Of a stretch of 37,409 bases of DNA, positions 8,921 through 16,829 are shown piece by piece. The stretch lies in the NCBI GenBank assembly GCA_964591055.1, contig CAZPZJ010000007.1:1-37409 (forward strand). The letters are read 5' to 3'. Source of the stretch: an uncultured Leptospiraceae bacterium (GTDB lineage: Bacteria; Spirochaetota; UBA4802; JAGODF01). The notes beneath the pieces are model-generated. The model searched no databases. It worked only from the letters and a program-made list of their open reading frames with translations, and had not been told where the DNA came from. A program made the translations under genes and the position numbers. The number at the start of each line of letters is the position of its first letter. Positions within the stretch are counted from its first letter, which is position 1.

Positions 8921-9303
8921 TTCATCCTCCGCGCACTCAAGTGGGAAATAAGTCCCTTCCATGGCCCATGTCATACCGGCACCGAACTTATCTGACGCTT
9001 CCTCCGTATTTTTTCAAGAAAATAAATATTATACGGTTTGCGACCTGCCCGCACGGGATCATTTGGATGAACGCTGTCCCGGTCGTAAGCCCCCCGAAGT
9101 CGCTTTTCATGAAAACCAGCCGCGGGACACATCGCAGTACTTTATAAGAGGACGTTTCACGTCCTTAAAATTTATAAAAAATCCCCCATGATTATTCGCG
9201 CGGAGAGCTTGCGTTCTTCAGCGCACGCATCCGTGATGGAAATGAAACCTGCGTCCTCCACAAGCCTCTTCACCATCGGGGCGCATCCGCACGATCAACC
9301 TTT

Positions 9304-9816
9304 TCACACCTTGCGCGTTTTTTCCTGTATCACCTCTCCCAGCTTTGCCCCACCCAGGCCGACAAGGTAGAGGATGGCGAACCCGAAGATGTTGAATCCC
9401 TCCATCTTCCCGGTGAACAGGGCGGATATGAGGTTGATGAGCAGAATCACGATAACCGCCCCGATCGCCGGTTCCTTGAGCGTCACGCCGGGCGAGCGGT
9501 ATGCCGAAAACATGCTGCCGAGGAAAATGCCGATAAAGGCGCCGACGCCCAGATAGGGAAGCGCGGCCGCATTGTCCTCCAGGTTGCCACCTCCGGAAGC
9601 GTAGATGATAATGGCGATGATGATACAGATAAACCACGCCGCCCCGATAATGAGCGCCGATTTCGCGACCCATTTCCAGTCGATCGTTTTGGCCGGCGGT
9701 TGTTCAGCCGCCGTTGCCGCGGCCGGCGCCGATTCAATCCTCGCGCCGCACGATGTGCAGAAAACGCTGTCCGATGCCGATTCCCTGCCGCATTTCTGAC
9801 ACAACCTGTTTTCCAT
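9304..9816 (-). CDS. N-terminal zinc-ribbon membrane protein (4 predicted TM helices)
   Basis: MENRLCQKCGRESASDSVFCTSCG is followed by an Ala/Pro linker and then Gly-rich hydrophobic helices. AGAGGGGG lies upstream of the ATG. The gene sits 21 nt downstream of the PrsW gene. Confidence 0.65.
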   Translation of the reverse strand: MENRLCQKCGRESASDSVFCTSCGARIESAPAAATAAEQPPAKTIDWKWVAKSALIIGAAWFICIIIAIIIYASGGGNLEDNAAALPYLGVGAFIGIFLGSMFSAYRSPGVTLKEPAIGAVIVILLINLISALFTGKMEGFNIFGFAILYLVGLGGAKLGEVIQEKTRKV

Positions 9817-9837
9817 ACGATTCCCCCTCTGATGTGT

Positions 9838-10722
9838 TTATACGATTTTCCGCCCGCATTGCGGGCAAAACAACGCCGATTTCGAGGTTTTGCCGCCGCA
9901 TGAATCGCAAATCATAAAAAACTCGTTTTCAACCCGTATACTTCTCCCGCACCGGCCGCAAAACGCGTCCAAAGCCGCATTCACGGTCAGGCAATACGGG
10001 CACTGGCCCGGCTTGAGGAAATTGCTGCGCGCGAGCAGGTAGTCGGTTTTCCTCAGCGCGTACAGGTACAGAACGACGACAAGCGGCAGCACCGCGAGCC
10101 CTCCGGGCGTTCCCATCTGAGTGAACGCAATGAAGTCGTACAGCGCGTGCAGCAGCGCCCCCGCGGCGACATACGGCCACATCACCGCCGCGTAAGACCT
10201 CTCCGGGTGCTCGAATTTCGCCATCGCAAGGCCGTAGCCCCATACCGCCGCGAACCCTATATGGCCCGGCACCGCCATCAGCGAGCGCGCGACAAGGGTC
10301 CCCATCCCCTCAACCAGCGAGCCCGCGAGCGAATACCCGATGTTCTCGAACACGGCGAACCCGAGTGAGACTGTCATCGCGTATATCATGCCGTCCACGG
10401 GTTCGTTGAAATCTTTCATTTTTTTCACAAGCAGCACGGTGACGGCGGCCTTGACGGCCTCCTCGTTGAAACCGACAAACGTCGCCATCCACAGCGCGGT
10501 GAGGGGCGGCATCACCGCCTCCACCGAAACGCCGGAGATGCCGCCCGCCGCGAAATTGAACGCAGAGGCGACACCACCGCTCGCCAGGCCGCCCACCAGC
10601 CCCACCCTGAGCAGCTCCTTCATGGGCTCCGGTTCAACCCGGTCGCGCTTATACAGGATGTAAAACCATACGGCCCCGGCCGCGAAGACCGCGATCAGTA
10701 TTAGCAGATTATTCATTATCAT
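9838..10722 (-). CDS. PrsW-family intramembrane metalloprotease with two C-terminal zinc ribbons
   Basis: The PrsW motifs are canonical: FNEEAVKA (EExxK), GFAVFENIGY, PGHIGFAAVWGYG and HALYDF (HxxxD). The C-terminus carries CPYCLTVNAALDAFCGRCG and CDSCGGKTSKSALFCPQCG. Confidence 0.75.
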   Translation of the reverse strand: MIMNNLLILIAVFAAGAVWFYILYKRDRVEPEPMKELLRVGLVGGLASGGVASAFNFAAGGISGVSVEAVMPPLTALWMATFVGFNEEAVKAAVTVLLVKKMKDFNEPVDGMIYAMTVSLGFAVFENIGYSLAGSLVEGMGTLVARSLMAVPGHIGFAAVWGYGLAMAKFEHPERSYAAVMWPYVAAGALLHALYDFIAFTQMGTPGGLAVLPLVVVLYLYALRKTDYLLARSNFLKPGQCPYCLTVNAALDAFCGRCGRSIRVENEFFMICDSCGGKTSKSALFCPQCGRKIV

Positions 10723-11073
10723 ACCGCCTTTTCAGTGCGCCCGTCTTTCCGGAAGCTTGCCCTGATGGGACAGCCCTGATTGTTCCATCGCGATGTTCGG
10801 CATATCCGCCCCACACTAACTCCCGCCCGCATCTTCAGCAGCGGGTGATTCCATACGTCATATTCAATCGAAATACGCACACTTGCGCATTACTTTCACG
10901 TGCATTTCCCGTCAGAAAAACCAATCCGCGTCGGCGCTTACTGCTTTGCGATGTTCTTGCGAGGAGACATCCCGCAGTTGAATGATAGTATTGTTTTCAT
11001 ATTAATTACTGCTCATTTATATATTAAAAGTCAATAATAATTCCCTCGCCGTACATGGTTCCATCAGTATCCC

Positions 11074-11685
11074 TCAATTCCTGTCGCACCCGATGGCGAT
11101 GTGCGGATAGTTCCGCTCGATGAATGTCAGCACGAGAAGATTGAGGTCGTCCTGCGCCAGGATATTCGGGTGCATTCTCGGCAGGGGTAGGCCCTTTTCC
11201 GTTTCAAAGTTTCTGTCGTTGAACAATCCCCTTTTCGGGGAATTCTCGCCGTGTTCGGGAACAAAGAGAATGATGTAACTGGACATCAGCGCCCCATTGG
11301 TGTAATCCTGATGAATCCAGGCGCGCGTGACGTCTTTCATGTTGAACACGAACCTGTCGGCGTATTCCGATTTCCTGCAGACGACGATGTCATCACGGTC
11401 CTTATACACTACAAGCTCGTCCTCATCCCTGTACCTCGAAAATTTGATCCTGATTAACACCGAAACTACAACGACTGCGGCCAGGATCGCCGATATAAAG
11501 CGCGTTTCCGGGTAAAACAGCCATATCCCCCCGAACACCACCGGCAGAAGCAGAAACATGGAAAAAAACCACGGCGCCATGAGAAGCGATTTCACCGAGA
11601 CTTTCACCTTTAAAACGAGACGCCCCGATGCCGGATCGTTCTCGGGCGAGGGTTGAATGTCCTTGCTGATTGGCCTCTGTTTCAC
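11074..11685 (-). CDS. Hypothetical membrane protein (2 TM near N-terminus)
   Basis: The 203-aa ORF has typical codon usage and hydrophobic helices (WFFSMFLLLPVVFGGIWLF and ISAILAAVVVVSVLI). I recognise no family. Confidence 0.5.
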   Translation of the reverse strand: MKQRPISKDIQPSPENDPASGRLVLKVKVSVKSLLMAPWFFSMFLLLPVVFGGIWLFYPETRFISAILAAVVVVSVLIRIKFSRYRDEDELVVYKDRDDIVVCRKSEYADRFVFNMKDVTRAWIHQDYTNGALMSSYIILFVPEHGENSPKRGLFNDRNFETEKGLPLPRMHPNILAQDDLNLLVLTFIERNYPHIAIGCDRN

Positions 11686-11792
11686 TGTCCATTGCCTCCT
11701 TTGTGTTCATGTTCCCGGTGTCACACTCATGCGACGCGCGCCATCATGCAATTTTCACCGCGCGGACATCTCTTCCGCCGCGGCTTTCGCCG

Positions 11793-12695
11793 CTACATCG
11801 CCCCCGCCTTCAGGAGCATGTCGACCACCTCCCCGTGGCCGTTCTTCTTCGCCAGTCCAAGCGCCGACTGCCCGTTGGGCGCGTAGACTTTCGGTTTTGC
11901 GCCATGCGCAAGCAGGCACCTGACAATGTCCGTGCGCCCAAGCGCGGCGGCGCCGAACAACGCCGTACGTCCGTCGGAACCGCATTTGTCAACCGCGGCC
12001 CCGCGCGCGAGCAGGAGCCTGACCGCGTCCAATCGATTTTCATATGCCGCGTACATGAGGGCGGTCTTGCCGAAACGGTCTGAAGAATTTGCGTCCATTC
12101 CCCTGTCGAGCAGGAACTTCAGCGCCCCCGTGGAGCCGTGTTCGGCGGCAAGGAGAAGCGCGCTCATCCCTGAAGCCACTGCTCCGTCCAGGGGGGCCTT
12201 CGCGGCGTGGAGGATTGCAAGGCATTCGACGCAATCCGCCGTCGCGGCGTCCATGACGGGCGTGATGTCCAGGCGCTTTTCCGCCTTCAACGAAGGATCA
12301 GCGCCCGCCCGGATAAGGATTTTCATGGTCTCCGGGCGGCGCGACATGATGGCGTGGGACAGCGCGCTCTTCCCGTCCTGGTCCAGAAGCCGCACATCCG
12401 CGCCATGCGCGAGCAGGAAGCTGACCATTGCATTGTCGCCGCCCGCCGCGGCTGACATGAGCGGCGTGTATTCGCGGAGCGTATTGGTGTACACGGTAGT
12501 GGTGCGCCCGACCGTGGTCGACATGACCGTGCGCCTGTAATCGTTCACGTTCGCGCCGCGCTCCAGCGCCTTCCCCGCCCGTGCGATATCGCGGTACAGC
12601 ACGGCGTCCCAGAGGTCCTCCGTCGCCCCCGAGCAGGAGAGGGCCAGCGGCACAAGCAGCGCATTGACTGCGGCTTTCACTGTACTCATCTTCAT
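11793..12695 (-). CDS. Ankyrin-repeat lipoprotein/secreted protein
   Basis: The signal peptide and lipobox-like sequence are VNALLVPLALSCSG. About 7 ankyrin repeats follow (TPLMSAAAGGDNAMVSFLLAHGADV, GKSALSHAI.., GMSALLLAAEHGSTGALKFLLDRGMD, GKTALMYAA.., GRTALFGAAALGRTDIVRCLLAHGA). GGAAGG lies upstream of the ATG. Confidence 0.85.
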   Translation of the reverse strand: MKMSTVKAAVNALLVPLALSCSGATEDLWDAVLYRDIARAGKALERGANVNDYRRTVMSTTVGRTTTVYTNTLREYTPLMSAAAGGDNAMVSFLLAHGADVRLLDQDGKSALSHAIMSRRPETMKILIRAGADPSLKAEKRLDITPVMDAATADCVECLAILHAAKAPLDGAVASGMSALLLAAEHGSTGALKFLLDRGMDANSSDRFGKTALMYAAYENRLDAVRLLLARGAAVDKCGSDGRTALFGAAALGRTDIVRCLLAHGAKPKVYAPNGQSALGLAKKNGHGEVVDMLLKAGAM

Positions 12696-12790
12696 GGCGT
12701 ACCTTCCATATAATTGATATCAAGCTCCGTTCAGGATGAACGGGCGCTTTACCTCCCGACGGGCCGCCTGAAGCCGGGCCCCCTTCCCCG

Positions 12791-13378
12791 TCAGACACGC
12801 CGCCTGCACTTCAGCCGCGCAACACCGATGGCCCCCACACACGCTGCCGCCGCGACAGTGATACCAAGCCTGATGCCGGCATTGATGAGATGCCCCCTCC
12901 TGTCCTCGATCAGCTCAAGATAGCGGGATCCTTCATCAAATGTAAACTGCTCCCGCTGCGAAAGCGCGATGAGTTGATATGCATCCCGCATCTCAAAGGG
13001 GCGCACAATGGCCGTTATCTCCCGCTCCCCGGGATGGCGCCCTGCGAGCATTTCCTGCGTATAGTCCGAGGAAACGTACAGGTGGTCGCCCGCGGCGTCT
13101 ACGAAGAGAGTGAAATAGGAACGCTCCGTCAATTCCTCCCTGCCATTGCGGCCCTTCGAGGTTTTCTCCCGAACAAATCCGACATCGGGCATAAATCTCC
13201 CTCGCACCCGCACCATGCGTGATTCCGGCGCGCCACCGTCGTGGACATCCCCGATGCATACAGGAACCGGTTCTGGAAAGAGCAGGCACTTCAGTGGCTC
13301 GCTCCCTCCGCACCAGAGGATGAGCGCCGCGAGGGCGAGCAACGCAACACCAGTAATGTGTTCAATCAATGCATTCAT
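12791..13378 (-). CDS. Hypothetical protein with N- and C-terminal TM anchors
   Basis: I chose the start at MNALIEHITGVALLALAALILW (ATG 13378). The upstream 146 codons of the track ORF are Arg/Pro-rich and cross a terminator hairpin. A C-terminal TM is present (GIRLGITVAAAACVGAIGV). I recognise no family; the bitopic layout resembles GIDE-like proteins, but only vaguely. Confidence 0.5.
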   Translation of the reverse strand: MNALIEHITGVALLALAALILWCGGSEPLKCLLFPEPVPVCIGDVHDGGAPESRMVRVRGRFMPDVGFVREKTSKGRNGREELTERSYFTLFVDAAGDHLYVSSDYTQEMLAGRHPGEREITAIVRPFEMRDAYQLIALSQREQFTFDEGSRYLELIEDRRGHLINAGIRLGITVAAAACVGAIGVARLKCRRRV

Positions 13379-13519
13379 AACGATAAGCTCTCTTCGCGCG
13401 CGCCACATGGCCCATGCGCATGACCGCATCCCGCGCGGGCACACGGCGTACAACCGGGCGAGATTCAGATATACAGACGGGCGAAGGCGCGTTTTTTCAA
13501 CAATTTTCAGGAACATCGT

Positions 13520-13562
13520 AAAAAAAAGGCCGCCGCCCGGAAGGCTTGCCTTCGGCGGGCGC
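13520..13562 (-). terminator. Intrinsic-terminator-like hairpin + T8 on the minus strand, inside a divergent intergenic region
   Basis: The minus strand reads GCCCGCCGAAGGC-AA-GCCTTCCGGGCGGC, then GGCC, then TTTTTTTT. No minus-strand CDS lies upstream of it. Confidence 0.5.
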
Positions 13563-13726
13563 AGCGGGGCGAGTGGAAACCCGCGTGTGCGCGCCATACC
13601 ACGGGTTTCAAAGCGGTATGCGCACAAAGGGCTTGACATGCGCCGCGTTGCGATGCATACAGGGTGTACGCTGGTACCTTTGGGAATGGCGATCAGTTCC
13701 GGGCAGGGATGGCGAAGGGGGGAGAG

Positions 13727-14506
13727 ATGAAACAAAACGCGTTGCTGGCCCCGGTGTTGCTGTTCACGCTCGCAATGGGCGCGTGCGACGGTGGCGGCAC
13801 TGAGGCCGTCCTGCATGCAGCGATGCCGGAGGTTAGGTTAATGAATGTTAATAATGTTTTAAGTGCCTATGGTATGACTCAGGGTTTTGTTAGAGGTTCT
13901 CCAATTATAAGAAATATACCTTTTTCTAGAATGGTTGAGTTTGGCCCTATAGAAAATAATCCATCTATTGATACCCCTGAAGAATTTATCACTGCAGCGT
14001 TTTATTCGCCGATAGAAGTATCTGCCAGTGCACGGGCGGCGATAAATAGGGAATTGCCGCAGGGTAGAGAAGGGGCGTTGAGACTGGGAGCGATGTGGCT
14101 GAAGAAGAGTGCGGAAATGCCGCAAAATGCCGGGGCTTATCAGAGAGCGTTAAGTATGATTATGCAGCGGTCAGGCGTATCGGAGAGGGAAATCCGGGAA
14201 TATTATGTTAGAATAATGACAGATACTATTAATGCTGCTGGTCAGAGATATTTAGGCAGATATTACACAAGGGAACAGTTGGTGAACACAATTTGCCGTC
14301 CTTTAGTGGAATATTATAGTAATCCAACAACAAGTAATTATAATACATTGGTTCAAACAGGCGGTTCATTAGGTAGAGAAAGAGATAATAGAATGGTACA
14401 TTTTTTGGCAATGATAAGATTATTAGATCCTATTTATGAATTTAGACACAGGGTTACAGAAGATATTTTTAGTTACGGTCGCCAGGTTGCAGGTTCTGCC
14501 CGTTAG
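13727..14506 (+). CDS. Lipoprotein of unknown function, compositionally mosaic
   Basis: The protein starts MKQNALLAPVLLFTLAMGAC (lipobox LAMGAC), with GGGGGAGAG upstream of the ATG. GC content drops sharply after about 13833 inside the same reading frame. I recognise no family. Confidence 0.65.
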   Translation: MKQNALLAPVLLFTLAMGACDGGGTEAVLHAAMPEVRLMNVNNVLSAYGMTQGFVRGSPIIRNIPFSRMVEFGPIENNPSIDTPEEFITAAFYSPIEVSASARAAINRELPQGREGALRLGAMWLKKSAEMPQNAGAYQRALSMIMQRSGVSEREIREYYVRIMTDTINAAGQRYLGRYYTREQLVNTICRPLVEYYSNPTTSNYNTLVQTGGSLGRERDNRMVHFLAMIRLLDPIYEFRHRVTEDIFSYGRQVAGSAR

Positions 14507-14527
14507 AAGTTAAAAAATATTAAATAA

Positions 14528-14568
14528 AAAGAAGGCTGTCCAAAAGACAGCTTTCTTTATTTATTTTT
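14528..14568 (+). terminator. Rho-independent terminator of the lipoprotein gene
   Basis: AAAGAAGGCTGTC-CAAAA-GACAGCTTTCTTT forms a 13-bp stem with one G-U pair, followed by ATTTATTTTT. It lies 22 nt after the stop at 14506. Confidence 0.7.
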
Positions 14569-14599
14569 CAGTCACTTTGGACGTGGTTTTCCCTGGGAT

Positions 14600-14794
14600 T
14601 ATTATAGTAATCCAACAACAAACAATTATACTACATTGGTTCAAACAGGTGGGTCTTTAGGCAGAGGCAACACAGCTATAATGGCGCGTTTTTTGGCAAT
14701 AGTTAGATCATTAAATCCGGTTTATGAATTTCGGCGCAGGGTTTCAGAAGATGTTTCTAGATATAACTTACAGGTCGCAGGTTCTGTCCGGTAG
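14600..14794 (+). pseudogene. Orphan, promoterless copy of the last 64 codons of the upstream lipoprotein gene (silent cassette or gene remnant)
   Basis: The 195 nt align without gaps to 14312..14506. By my hand count about 150/195 are identical. Both copies end in TAG. The translations are YYSNPTTNNYTTLVQTGGSLGRGNTAIMARFLAIVRSLNPVYEFRRRVSEDVSRYNLQVAGSVR versus YYSNPTTSNYNTLVQTGGSLGRERDNRMVHFLAMIRLLDPIYEFRHRVTEDIFSYGRQVAGSAR. The frame is open back only to a TAA at 14525 and contains no ATG. Confidence 0.6.
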
Positions 14795-14805
14795 AAAGGG
14801 TTGCG

Positions 14806-14843
14806 CCCCCGAAGGCGCGAAAACGCTTTCGCGCCTTCGGGGG
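14806..14843. repeat. Palindromic REP-like element, copy A
   Basis: CCCCCGAAGGCGCGAAA-ACGC-TTTCGCGCCTTCGGGGG forms a 17-bp perfect stem. The 30-nt core at 14810..14839 is the exact reverse complement of 24663..24692. Confidence 0.6.
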
Positions 14844-15042
14844 ATGATCATGACCGTCGCCTGGCATGCCTCCGGAAAGGATCGCGCCTGCGCGCCGGGG
14901 CGTTGATAACGGGTAACGATAATGCCGATACTGCTTAGGACGTGGTTTCCACCTCCTAACCCGGGAAAAGAGGGACGGAGGGCGGAAAAACACCTGTCCC
15001 TTTCGCCCCCTCCGGGGGTCGGGGGGATCAGGGCGCAGCGCC

Positions 15043-16623
15043 TCACGCTTTCTGTTCCGCATGCCTGCCGAACCCCACCCTGCTCGTGTTCTGAGTCCGC
15101 TCGAAATCCTTGAACGCCCGGCGCACGTCGATTTCACGGATGATGATTTCCGCCGACTCGCCATGCACGTCCTCGAGGGCGTGCCGCAGTATCGCGGTGG
15201 AAAGCTCCACCACCATCGAGCCTGTCATCACGGAATGCGACGGGACGACATCCATGAAACGCTCGAATGACTTCCCGAACGCGTAAAGTTTCTTTTCAAG
15301 AAGCTCCGCGATGCGCTCCCTGCCGAGCTCTCCCATGAACACGCGGGAGTCTATCCTTCCGGGCCGGTCTACGATCGCTTTTTCGATATTGTCGATCCTG
15401 TTGGTGGTGATGACGACGAGTATTCCGTCATTCTCCTCAAGCCCGTCCAGGTGGCTCATCAGGCTCGCGGTGCCGACCCTGTTCGTGTTCATGCTGTCGC
15501 GGTCCTCGATGTAAAAATCAAGGTCCTCAAGGATGATAACAGACGGCCTCCCGATCCTGGCGATCCTGAAGATGCGGTTGATATCATCGACGGTTGCGAT
15601 ATCGCCGGCTTTCACCCATATAACGGTCTGTTCCATAACGCTCGCGATAATCTTGGCAAGCATGGTCTTGCCGGTGCCGGGAGGGCCATAGAGCGCCACC
15701 CCTCGCTTGAACGGCAATCCGGCTTTCCTGTACACCGGCTCCATTGTAAAGAAGCTGAATATCTCCCGCTCTATCTTCGCCCGCACCGCGTCTTCGAGCA
15801 CCAGGTCGTCCAGCGCGAGTTTCTCCTTCAGCTTGATGATCCGCTGGTCGCCGGTAAATTTGCCGCCTTTGATATCGATATTGTCCATCAGCAGCGCCTC
15901 AAAATTCTCGCCGAACAGCCGTTCCACCTTCTCCGTATCACCGGCCCTGGCGAACGCCTTGAGCACAAGCTTTGAACCCAGGGAGCAGTCGTCCTGCCTG
16001 GCGATGCCGACGGCGAACACCAGGTCGTCTTTCATGAACACCCGGTAGCTGTTTATATCGACATACTTGAAGACGTCCTCCCTCACCTCGATGCGCATCT
16101 TCTCCGGCGATTTATAAATGTCCTTGCTCCACGACACCGCGCCGAGGCAGGCGTAATCATGAAAGAGCCTGTCAATCGCGGCAGGCACCGACATCAGCAT
16201 CGAATCGGAAACGGTGGCGACCGCGATTTCCATGTGCTTTCCCAGGAAAAAGGTGAAGTGCTCCATGGACACAAACCGGTCGGGTGTTTCTTTCATTATC
16301 GTCGATTTCAGATCGGGAAGAAACGCCTTCGCGAAGCCGTCGCACGGCGTTTCAGCCGAGCACGTCAGCCGGTGCATCGCGCCGTAGTAATTCTTCTCCC
16401 TCTCATCCGCTTCAGCCAGCTCGAGCACCATGCGCGTTCCGCCCGCCAGCTCGATCGTCATGTCCGATCGCACCGGAATCGCGGTGGAACCGTTGACGAA
16501 CACGTTCCGTGTTCCCGCCGTCCCCCCGGTGATTGAAAAACCCCGCATGGCTGACATCTTCTCAAGTGCCCTGTCGAGATTGAGCATTTCAAATTCTGAA
16601 AGATACAATGCGTACTGTTCCAT
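15043..16623 (-). CDS. AAA+ ATPase (classical FtsH/Cdc48-clade single AAA module) with about 300-aa uncharacterised N-terminal region
   Basis: The motifs are Walker A GVALYGPPGTGKTMLAK, Walker B PSVIILEDLD, and the second region of homology VVITTNRIDNIEKAIVDRPGRIDSRV. The N-terminal 300 aa have no motif I recognise. Confidence 0.9.
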   Translation of the reverse strand: MEQYALYLSEFEMLNLDRALEKMSAMRGFSITGGTAGTRNVFVNGSTAIPVRSDMTIELAGGTRMVLELAEADEREKNYYGAMHRLTCSAETPCDGFAKAFLPDLKSTIMKETPDRFVSMEHFTFFLGKHMEIAVATVSDSMLMSVPAAIDRLFHDYACLGAVSWSKDIYKSPEKMRIEVREDVFKYVDINSYRVFMKDDLVFAVGIARQDDCSLGSKLVLKAFARAGDTEKVERLFGENFEALLMDNIDIKGGKFTGDQRIIKLKEKLALDDLVLEDAVRAKIEREIFSFFTMEPVYRKAGLPFKRGVALYGPPGTGKTMLAKIIASVMEQTVIWVKAGDIATVDDINRIFRIARIGRPSVIILEDLDFYIEDRDSMNTNRVGTASLMSHLDGLEENDGILVVITTNRIDNIEKAIVDRPGRIDSRVFMGELGRERIAELLEKKLYAFGKSFERFMDVVPSHSVMTGSMVVELSTAILRHALEDVHGESAEIIIREIDVRRAFKDFERTQNTSRVGFGRHAEQKA

Positions 16624-16829
16624 GTCGTTTTCCCATCCATCCGATCATTATGCGTTTCACGCCATTCATGGTGATAGACTGTTGGAGCGCATTTAATTTA
16701 GCAATTTTTTGTATGAACGACGGAAAACGATTTTCCGGACGCTCTCATGATCGGGGAGGCAGCCAGCGCCATGGAGCGATACGGCGGGAGGCGCGCTTTC
16801 GATTATTTTCGGGCCGTTCGTCCGGCCAT

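Noticed and set aside
9172-9276. 34-aa minus-strand ORF (MVKRLVEDAGFISITDACAEERKLSARIIMGDFL) in the 330-nt gap upstream of the second kinase
   Set aside because: The composition is protein-like, but there is no RBS, it is very short and I recognise no motif. I cannot support it from sequence alone.
13379-13816. N-terminal 146-codon extension of the track ORF 12791..13816
   Set aside because: The extension is Arg/Pro/Cys-rich, runs through a terminator hairpin/T8 tract, and overlaps the divergent lipoprotein gene start. The hydrophobic N-terminus MNALIEHITGVALLAL at 13378 is a much better start.
14312-14794. Diversity-generating retroelement (template/variable repeat pair) as an explanation for the duplicated 3' gene end
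   Set aside because: The mismatches between the copies involve all base types, not just adenines of one copy. There is no reverse-transcriptase gene anywhere in the window.
14579-14950. 13-nt direct repeat GGACGTGGTTT(T)CC flanking the orphan cassette and REP hairpin (14579 and 14938) as possible target-site duplication
   Set aside because: A single short imperfect match within about 400 nt is about what chance allows in this much sequence. There are no associated inverted repeats or transposase.
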